From IMG/VR virus record IMGVR_UViG_3300027861_000001, positions 85,054-149,053 of that record: a stretch of DNA of 64,000 nucleotides; one strand, 5' to 3'. This DNA comes from a virus. The position numbers and the translations under genes were made by a program. This document shows positions 58,301-64,000 of the stretch, piece after piece (position 1 is the stretch's first letter; each line of letters begins with the position of its first letter). Under the pieces are notes generated by a model. That model ran no database searches. It was not told the origin of the DNA and saw only the letters and a program-made list of their open reading frames with translations.

Positions 58301-58696
58301 CTATAAAATATCTCTCTTAGAAATAGCGTTTAATAAAACGTAATCATTTATTAGTTGAAAATCCCACTCTGATAAATACTTTAAATATTTATGTATATTA
58401 GACTTAAAGAACGGAGTCAAATAGATTCTATCTAAATCTTTAAGAGGGAGATTAAGAATTATATGTCTACCAGTATTACTTGAAATTAGTAACTTCTGAG
58501 TATCTTTATTAACTATTAAGTAGTTACCTTCATTGGTTTGTTTTATAAAGTTATATGTTTGGATATCCACCCAAGCATCACCCCCAACCTTCGAACCTAC
58601 TCTTGCATCCTCTATGTACTCTAAGTAATCTTTTGTAATAGATACTCTGTAAGGAATATAATCAATTGTAGAAGCATATATTGTTTTTAAATCCAT
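58301..58696 (-). CDS. Hypothetical protein
   Basis: GGGGGAG SD; directly behind a promoter. Confidence 0.65.
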   Translation of the reverse strand: MDLKTIYASTIDYIPYRVSITKDYLEYIEDARVGSKVGGDAWVDIQTYNFIKQTNEGNYLIVNKDTQKLLISSNTGRHIILNLPLKDLDRIYLTPFFKSNIHKYLKYLSEWDFQLINDYVLLNAISKRDIL

Positions 58697-58712
58697 TTAC
58701 TCCCCCATTATT

Positions 58713-58743
58713 ATTATAGCACACACGCACTCGTAGTTGTCAA
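58713..58743 (-). promoter_or_regulatory. Promoter TTGACA-N19-TATAAT
   Basis: Reverse complement reads TTGACA actacgagtgcgtgtgtgc TATAAT. Confidence 0.7.
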
Positions 58744-58957
58744 GCCCCTTTTTACGATCAATTTTTACTAAATTTTATTAGTTTTATTAAAATATGAAAT
58801 ACGGCATATATTCAATATTTTTTTTATAATTTTTTTCATGCCAAGTAATCTCTAAAATAAGGAAAAAATAAGGATATTGTATAGTATACCTAACCTAAAA
58901 ATGCCCAACTCGAAATATTTAAATTTTTCTTATACTCTCTGAGGGTAACACAACAGC

Positions 58958-59032
58958 GAGACGACGTGAGACGGGTCGAGTTATGTTGAGACGGGGCGGG
59001 GGTACTTGATACGGGTTGAGACGACTTTTATA
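58958..59032 (+). repeat. Array of GAGACG repeats phased at 10 bp
   Basis: GAGACG at 58958, 58968, 58988 and 59018; GATACG at 59008; partial GAG at 58978. Confidence 0.8.
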
Positions 59033-59041
59033 ATATAATAA

Positions 59042-59072
59042 ATAAACGAGGTGTTGTTAGCACCTCGTTTAT
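59042..59072. terminator. Hairpin terminator after the island genes
   Basis: ATAAACGAGGTG-ttgttag-CACCTCGTTTAT. Confidence 0.75.
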
Positions 59073-59094
59073 AATCTAGGAAAGTTAGCACTTG

Positions 59095-59319
59095 TTAATA
59101 TCCGTGATGTAACACTCTGCTATCATCCTGTAAACATGGTTCAAACTTACACGTAAATGGTCTTTCAACTAATAAACACTGGTTACCAGCGTTGTGAAGT
59201 ATGCAAGGTTTACTAGGGTTTATTTTTGCGTTCCATATGTGAATAGCTTTGTTTAGCTTGACTTTGTTCGAAGAAGTTAGCAAGTCTTTAGATTCTATCC
59301 CACTTCCAAAATATAACAT
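59095..59319 (-). CDS. Small hypothetical protein in the island
   Basis: AAGGAAT SD-like sequence; lies between two hairpins. Confidence 0.5.
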   Translation of the reverse strand: MLYFGSGIESKDLLTSSNKVKLNKAIHIWNAKINPSKPCILHNAGNQCLLVERPFTCKFEPCLQDDSRVLHHGY

Positions 59320-59340
59320 TTATTCATTCCTTTTTAGGTT

Positions 59341-59366
59341 TGGGGGAAGGTGCTACCCTTCCCCCA
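59341..59366. terminator. GC-rich hairpin downstream of the 261-aa gene
   Basis: TGGGGGAAGG-tgctac-CCTTCCCCCA. Confidence 0.7.
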
Positions 59367-59378
59367 TTTACCTAAAGT

Positions 59379-60164
59379 TTACTTCCGTTTACCTTTGGTT
59401 TTTGGTGGTGGTGGTGATTCTGGAAGTGGTATTGTTTCGGGATTGATAAGGATTTTGTATCCAGCTTTACTATTGGTTGGAATTTGTTTTACACCATAGT
59501 TTGAGGTTTGCAGTTCTTTCTCAATAGCAGGAGTGGAGCAAAACAGATTGATTGGTTTTACAAGTCCCTGTATCATTTCGCATCTGACAGAGTCTTGCTC
59601 ACGTGCTAAGGTACTTCCGTCTTTCCAACCAGATTCGTGTCTAACGATCATATTCAGTGGATTGATGTCTTTGTCACGTTGTATCAATCCGTTGTGGTCA
59701 AATGGGTGTTTGGGTACTGAGTAGGGGATATATGCTCCGTCAAGCAAACTGGAATGGTATCCCAATACTTGCATTGCAATACCAAACTCTACCAAAAAAT
59801 CGGTCTTTACTTGTTCTGGTTGCTCATACCAATTTGTCAGCATCGTGGTATTGAGGTACCTTGCAACCGTGTCAGCACTCGTTTTAATGTCCAGTATAAT
59901 TTGCTTGTCTTTCTCACGTTTCCCTTCACTGGTTGCGGTTTGCGTGGTTTGTGCATTTACCACTATTGCACTCGCAATGTCTATTGGAATCTTCATAACA
60001 TCGGATAATTTTTGTGCGTCCGCACCAAACTCCAATGCGTTATTCACTTTCGCAACCGCAATTTTGAGAGGTTCTTCGGTAAACTTTCCCTTATCATCGA
60101 TAGGTGCTATATGGTAGCTTGCACCCTGTTTTGTCCAACCATATATTAATGTATCTGTGGTCAT
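59379..60164 (-). CDS. Hypothetical 261-aa protein (candidate pre-early gene)
   Basis: GAGGAG SD, own promoter and terminator, atypical codon usage, Pro/Lys-rich C-terminus. Confidence 0.8.
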   Translation of the reverse strand: MTTDTLIYGWTKQGASYHIAPIDDKGKFTEEPLKIAVAKVNNALEFGADAQKLSDVMKIPIDIASAIVVNAQTTQTATSEGKREKDKQIILDIKTSADTVARYLNTTMLTNWYEQPEQVKTDFLVEFGIAMQVLGYHSSLLDGAYIPYSVPKHPFDHNGLIQRDKDINPLNMIVRHESGWKDGSTLAREQDSVRCEMIQGLVKPINLFCSTPAIEKELQTSNYGVKQIPTNSKAGYKILINPETIPLPESPPPPKTKGKRK

Positions 60165-60300
60165 TTTTTATACTCCTCTTTTTTTTTTTGTTTCCAGTTA
60201 AAACAAACTATAAGCGTTTTACCTGAGTTTGTTTCCTCTCTATTTGATTGTTAAGGATAGGGTTACTTGGTTTCCATCTCACCTTTCATCCTATGTATAG

Positions 60301-60330
60301 ATTATACCAGCTAACCTTTCAACTTGTCAA
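60301..60330 (-). promoter_or_regulatory. Promoter TTGACA-N18-TATAAT
   Basis: Reverse complement reads TTGACA agttgaaaggttagctgg TATAAT, with an AT-rich upstream region. Confidence 0.75.
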
Positions 60331-60554
60331 AATTTTGCTACGTGTGAAAAAATAAAAGATTGGTAAATAAGATAAACGTTCGGTAAAAATGGCAGCGATT
60401 TGGATTTATAATCGTGTTAATTTCAATGTTATGGTAAGTTAAAAATAAACACCCCCAAATTTATAAAAATGCTAACTTTTGAGGAAATTCTCCTGGGAAT
60501 ATAAAAGTCGTATTAAGACGTCTCACACGCAAAATTTTTGCGATCTGTGGTTTA

Positions 60555-60732
60555 CTTTACATAAAGGGTTTAGTGCGACCCAAATACACCTTAAAACGAC
60601 TTGAGACGTCTTTTCCACTCGTGGCAACTTTACATAATAATTTACATAAGAAACTATCTATCTACACATTATGTCAAGTAATAATCACGTTATGTCAAGT
60701 AACATTATGTCAAGTTGGCTTATTTGACATAA
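60555..60732. repeat. Cluster of seven TT(G/T)ACATAA motifs in both orientations
   Basis: TTTACATAA at 60556, 60629, 60641; TTATGTCAAGT at 60669, 60690, 60705; TTGACATAA at 60724. Confidence 0.8.
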
Positions 60733-60886
60733 AATTTTTTTCTCTGTCTTTTTTGCCAGCATTAAAATCGAGAACAGAACTTTATAGCCGACATGTTTTG
60801 CCTGAACGGAACCTGGACTTCTGGCTTTTATGCCAATTGTAAAAAGCCTGAACGGTGAACCTGGTGCTGGCTATTTTGCAAATACA

Positions 60887-61033
60887 TTAACGAAGTATAG
60901 ACTCGGCTACAGTAGAACGTACCTTCTGTTGAACTTGAAGCCAAATATGATATTCTTGTACTGTAACTCCCTTATCTAAACGGGCTTTATCGCACTCTTT
61001 GTCTATCCAATCTTTTAACTCAACCAGCGTCAT
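60887..61033 (-). CDS. Small early protein, 48 aa (MTLVELKDW...; below the ORF-track cutoff)
   Basis: AAGGAG SD; manual translation. Confidence 0.6.
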   Translation of the reverse strand: MTLVELKDWIDKECDKARLDKGVTVQEYHIWLQVQQKVRSTVAESILR

Positions 61034-61043
61034 TTCATTCTCC

Positions 61044-61208
61044 TTAATGGCTATTTTGCAACTCTTCTAGCTTCTTCTTTAGGTTGGATATTATTAGTGG
61101 GTCTCTTATGGCAAATTCCTCTACACAAATAACATAATGTATTTTAGGCTTTCTCGTTGCTTTAAATGCCCTGGCTTCTTCGATTGAAATCTTTTCAAAT
61201 GTAGCCAT
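61044..61208 (-). CDS. Small early protein (start corrected to MATFEK)
   Basis: TGATG coupling with the upstream 24-aa ORF. Confidence 0.55.
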   Translation of the reverse strand: MATFEKISIEEARAFKATRKPKIHYVICVEEFAIRDPLIISNLKKKLEELQNSH

Positions 61209-61282
61209 CAGAAGTTCATTACTCCGGCAAATATGAGTAATCCTAAAAGAGTTGTCCAAATTAGCTTATCTTCTATCTTCAT
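61208..61282 (-). CDS. 24-aa single-TM micropeptide MKIEDKLIWTTLLGLLIFAGVMNF
   Basis: Fits exactly between its neighbours, with stop/start coupling. Confidence 0.5.
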   Translation of the reverse strand: MKIEDKLIWTTLLGLLIFAGVMNF

Positions 61283-61283
61283 C

Positions 61284-61514
61284 CTAGTAATCCACACCAA
61301 GGATGTCCGAAATACTCTCGCCAGTCTCCTCTCCCCATTGCTCTCGTGATGCTAGCAGTTGACCAGACATATTGTAATCTCTGCCACAGTCACAAGTGTT
61401 GGTGAATCCCATCAGGAGAACTTCCTCACCACAAACGCATTGGGCTACTTTGCGGTTTACCTCCCTCATTTGGTTATTGAGAACCTTCTCTGTTCTTAAG
61501 ATTTCAAGTGACAT
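61284..61514 (-). CDS. Small Zn-ribbon early protein
   Basis: CVCG...CDCG; GGAGG SD. Confidence 0.7.
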   Translation of the reverse strand: MSLEILRTEKVLNNQMREVNRKVAQCVCGEEVLLMGFTNTCDCGRDYNMSGQLLASREQWGEETGESISDILGVDY

Positions 61515-61768
61515 TAATTTCCTCCTTTCATATTAATCATATCGGCTACAGCTTCTGCAAACTCATATTTGTCTAAGTCGGGAGAGATAAACTCTGATAC
61601 ATCCACATTGCCAGGAAGTTCTTCAAATCTAATACCGTACTTCTTTAGTAACAACCCGTTGGCTACTTTCTTAGCATACTCAATAGCTTCCTTTTCTGTT
61701 GCCATCCGAGTTGTATGCTTACATGGATCGAAGCCTATACCTCCACAAGTCTCACATTTTTGCAACAT
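61514..61768 (-). CDS. Small early protein
   Basis: AGGAGGTG SD; behind a promoter cassette; CETCGG.G motif. Confidence 0.7.
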   Translation of the reverse strand: MLQKCETCGGIGFDPCKHTTRMATEKEAIEYAKKVANGLLLKKYGIRFEELPGNVDVSEFISPDLDKYEFAEAVADMINMKGGN

Positions 61769-61788
61769 TCCTTCACCTCCTTATAATG

Positions 61789-61834
61789 ATTATACCACTA
61801 GCCCACCAAAAAGTCAAGTGGTAATTTGCTGCCA
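61789..61834 (-). promoter_or_regulatory. Early promoter cassette TGGCA-N12-TTGACT-N17-TATAAT
   Basis: One of four aligned copies. Confidence 0.8.
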
Positions 61835-61968
61835 GGTGCTGGTAGATTTATGCTGTTACTCATGGCTTATAAGCCACAATAGGTTGAAAGGAGTAAGCTG
61901 GCTAATCCGAAGAGCTTACTCCCTCCAAGGAGGGTAAAAAATGAGAACCTTTCGGCTTTAATGCATAA

Positions 61969-62283
61969 TTATTCCTCTTTATGAACAGCCACAATCTCGC
62001 AAGACTCTCTTGATTGTAGTTCTAAGATAGCATAGTAGGTATTTAAAGCTATGTGGTAAGCTTCAGTGGCTTCGAGCAACCATTGTGAATAGCAGGCTGC
62101 ACCACTATAATCCCCACGAAAAGCTTTGTCGGCTATTTCCCTGTCAAGCTTCTCTATGGCTTCTTTGCTGTACCTGACAGCAAATATGGCTGTTTTGCGT
62201 AGGGTTTGGTAATCCAGTTTTACACAGTCGGACGATATATCATGATACATTTTATCACTTCCCACAGTTAGCAATGTGATCAT
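61969..62283 (-). CDS. Hypothetical early protein (probable start MYHDISS at 62250)
   Basis: The upstream ORF ends at 62255. Confidence 0.6.
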   Translation of the reverse strand: MITLLTVGSDKMYHDISSDCVKLDYQTLRKTAIFAVRYSKEAIEKLDREIADKAFRGDYSGAACYSQWLLEATEAYHIALNTYYAILELQSRESCEIVAVHKEE

Positions 62284-62425
62284 CGGCTATTTTAGCGCAT
62301 CTCATCAATTCGTCTCTTGCAGCTTTCCTACCTTCAGTAGTATCACCATTGATTGCCACTTCAATCAACATTGGTAACACACCCTGCCACGTGGGAGTAC
62401 AAACAACGAAATCATTATCACTCAT
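62255..62425 (-). CDS. Small early protein, 56 aa (MSDNDFVVCTPTWQGVLP...; below the ORF-track cutoff)
   Basis: Manual translation; fills the operon gap. Confidence 0.65.
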   Translation of the reverse strand: MSDNDFVVCTPTWQGVLPMLIEVAINGDTTEGRKAARDELMRCAKIADDHIANCGK

Positions 62426-62431
62426 AATTCA

Positions 62432-62638
62432 CTACCTTACTTTAATAATGATTCCGTTTGCAATGGTAGCCGTAGCGTACCATTTGTGTGGTTGTGGGTA
62501 ATGAGGGCCCTCTATACAGACATTGCCATCTTTTTGACTAGGGAAGATACCTCCAGGCTGATAAACTGGTATCTGTTTCCCTGCTTTGAAGTCAGCCACC
62601 AATTCCTTCTTTGTTTGATAGTTCTTTTCTGCGTACAT
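62432..62638 (-). CDS. Small early phage protein (EGPHYPQPHKWYA motif)
   Basis: AGGAGGTG SD; behind a promoter cassette. Confidence 0.75.
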   Translation of the reverse strand: MYAEKNYQTKKELVADFKAGKQIPVYQPGGIFPSQKDGNVCIEGPHYPQPHKWYATATIANGIIIKVR

Positions 62639-62657
62639 ATCTCACCTCCTTACATAT

Positions 62658-62703
62658 AGTATATCATCTGCCCGAATAAAAGTCAAGGAGCAGTTTAGTG
62701 CCA
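62658..62703 (-). promoter_or_regulatory. Early promoter cassette TGGCA-N12-TTGACT-N17-TATACT
   Basis: One of four aligned copies. Confidence 0.8.
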
Positions 62704-62785
62704 CACCTATACCCAGGCTATTTAGCCTAGATACAAGTATAGACACAGGCTATAAAGAACCTATGCCTATTATGAACAGGAACAA

Positions 62786-62980
62786 TTACTCTGGCTTTAA
62801 TGCTCTTAGTATTTTACCTCCATTGCATTCTGCCGTACCTTTGTACTCACAGGACTCACAAGCCCTTAAACCCATGACTTGAACAAGGAAACAATCGCTT
62901 GTCATTTCGCTCTGCGGCTTTGAGTAGGTTTCTGTCTCAACGAACTTGCCATTGACTATATCACCTATAACTAAGTCCAT
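62786..62980 (-). CDS. Small Cys-rich early protein
   Basis: GGAGGGAG SD; C...CESC...C. Confidence 0.7.
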   Translation of the reverse strand: MDLVIGDIVNGKFVETETYSKPQSEMTSDCFLVQVMGLRACESCEYKGTAECNGGKILRALKPE

Positions 62981-62997
62981 GAACTCCCTCCTTCCGG

Positions 62998-63204
62998 CTA
63001 TTCTACTCTCTTTCCTTCATTATCTACTAAGATATAACCACCGCACCCCTCGCAAAGAACTTGTGCTAGTTTCCCCTCACCGGCTAATCCGACAAAGTCA
63101 TTAGGTAACCCTTCACCGAACAACTTTTTGGTACATTCCTCACAGAAGTCAGCCATCATCTTCTCCTTTTGTCTTTGGATATGGATGCCGAAGCTTGTCC
63201 ACAC
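62998..63204 (-). CDS. Small Zn-finger early protein (probable start MADFC near 63156)
   Basis: FCEEC...LCEGCG; AGGAG SD before the internal ATG. Confidence 0.7.
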   Translation of the reverse strand: MWTSFGIHIQRQKEKMMADFCEECTKKLFGEGLPNDFVGLAGEGKLAQVLCEGCGGYILVDNEGKRVE

Positions 63205-63284
63205 TTAGGACAGGTGGCTGGAGAACCATTACCTCTCCAAGGCTTACCACATTTGACACATACCTGTTTGGTTACTAACCTCAT
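63156..63284 (-). CDS. 42-aa Zn-ribbon micropeptide (MRLVTKQVCVKCG...CPKCG; below the ORF-track cutoff)
   Basis: ATGA overlap with the upstream gene and TGATG-type coupling downstream. Confidence 0.6.
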   Translation of the reverse strand: MRLVTKQVCVKCGKPWRGNGSPATCPKCGQASASISKDKRRR

Positions 63285-63562
63285 GATGTTCTACCTATGA
63301 TCTCGGTATGAATACCAAAACTTCTCCAGCGGGCTTGGGTATAATGTTTGCTTATGACTGTCATGCAATACCTCTTAAACCCTTGTATTTCTTTGCCACC
63401 AGGAAGAATTGCGGCTGTTATGACAACATCACCTTGTATATCTCCAACATCATACCTTAACATATCAGCAACAACTTCCCTTGCAACCACCTCTGGTACT
63501 GCACCTTCCACTAATAAGCTGTGGACAGTACCCTTGACCTCCAATATGTAGCCTTTTCCCAC
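63281..63562 (-). CDS. Hypothetical early protein
   Basis: AGGAGGTG SD plus GTG; behind a promoter cassette. Confidence 0.7.
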   Translation of the reverse strand: MGKGYILEVKGTVHSLLVEGAVPEVVAREVVADMLRYDVGDIQGDVVITAAILPGGKEIQGFKRYCMTVISKHYTQARWRSFGIHTEIIGRTS

Positions 63563-63582
63563 GTCTCACCTCCTATACAAGT

Positions 63583-63628
63583 ATTATAACATTAGCCTGA
63601 GTCAAAGTCAACAGGTAGTTTGATGCCA
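63583..63628 (-). promoter_or_regulatory. Early promoter cassette TGGCA-N12-TTGACT-N17-TATAAT
   Basis: One of four aligned copies. Confidence 0.8.
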
Positions 63629-63713
63629 ATTACTCATTACGGCTAATGTGCCATAGTAAAACATGGAAGAAATCCAAGCCAGACGCTTGAACTTCTTCCG
63701 TAGGAGATAAGAA

Positions 63714-63872
63714 CTATGCTTTGATTAGTTTCTTAGCCGCTGTACCAAGCTCCTCTCTATCAGTTTCAGATAGTTCTTTCAGTTCCTTCATGGAAACCTT
63801 GGAACCACCTTCGGCTTCAAAGAAATTCTTGATTGCTTTGACATTGGATATTTCGGCTGTCTCTGTAACCAT
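63714..63872 (-). CDS. Small early protein, 52 aa (MVTETAEISNVKAIKNFF...; below the ORF-track cutoff)
   Basis: AGGAGGTG SD; directly behind a promoter cassette. Confidence 0.7.
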   Translation of the reverse strand: MVTETAEISNVKAIKNFFEAEGGSKVSMKELKELSETDREELGTAAKKLIKA

Positions 63873-63892
63873 ATTCACCTCCTTCACTGTAT

Positions 63893-63938
63893 ACTATAAC
63901 AGCTGCCTAACTGGAAGTCAAGTAGTAGTTGGATGCCA
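63893..63938 (-). promoter_or_regulatory. Early promoter cassette TGGCA-N12-TTGACT-N17-TATAGT
   Basis: One of four aligned copies. Confidence 0.8.
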
Positions 63939-64000
63939 GGTATATCCTCTGGCTAATATGCCTAGAATGATATATTCTAGGCTGATCTGACATTCACACG

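Noticed and set aside
58950-60740. Repeat clusters as a CRISPR array or IS element
   Set aside because: Repeats are 6-14 bp without 30-40 bp unique spacers; no cas or transposase gene.
61789-63938. TGGCA element as a sigma54 -24 box
   Set aside because: No conserved GC at the required GG-N10-GC spacing, and canonical sigma70 boxes lie just downstream.
4-63990. All plus-strand ORFs in the track (e.g. 4-231, 22436-23032, 54585-55040, 60573-60842)
   Set aside because: Nearly all are antisense shadows of well-supported minus-strand genes or span repeat DNA; they lack SD sequences and recognisable motifs.
1-64000. Stop-codon reassignment, tRNA genes, integrase or att site
   Set aside because: Genes are full length in the standard code with TAA, TAG and TGA all used as stops; no cloverleaf or recombinase was recognised by eye (tRNAscan not run).

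Overview
The window is a contiguous part of a large tailed dsDNA bacteriophage genome (long non-contractile, siphovirus-like tail); essentially all real genes are on the minus strand. In transcription order (high to low coordinates): small early genes behind a repeated promoter cassette (64-60.9 kb); an unusual ~1.6 kb island bounded by phased repeats and lacking GGC/GCC trinucleotides, possibly the terminal repeat/first-injected DNA (60.7-58.9 kb); nucleotide-metabolism genes including a class II RNR (58.7-52.5 kb); terminase and portal (52.5-48.5 kb); a 14-gene, ~12 kb nucleotide-sugar synthesis, glycosyltransferase and methyltransferase cluster inserted inside the head operon (48.5-36.4 kb); head, neck and tail genes with a -1 frameshifted tail chaperone, tape measure and a repeat-built tail fibre (35.8-11.1 kb); and a replication operon (SSB, intein-containing primase, DnaB, Hjc-type resolvase, ThyA, exonuclease, Pol A, truncated dCMP deaminase). 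I saw no integrase, tRNA, CRISPR array, reverse transcriptase or recognisable endolysin. The best candidate for a new system is a self-contained phage glycan-synthesis pathway, probably for virion glycosylation with methylated or branched sugars. All functional calls come from motif recognition by eye and synteny; no database searches were run.
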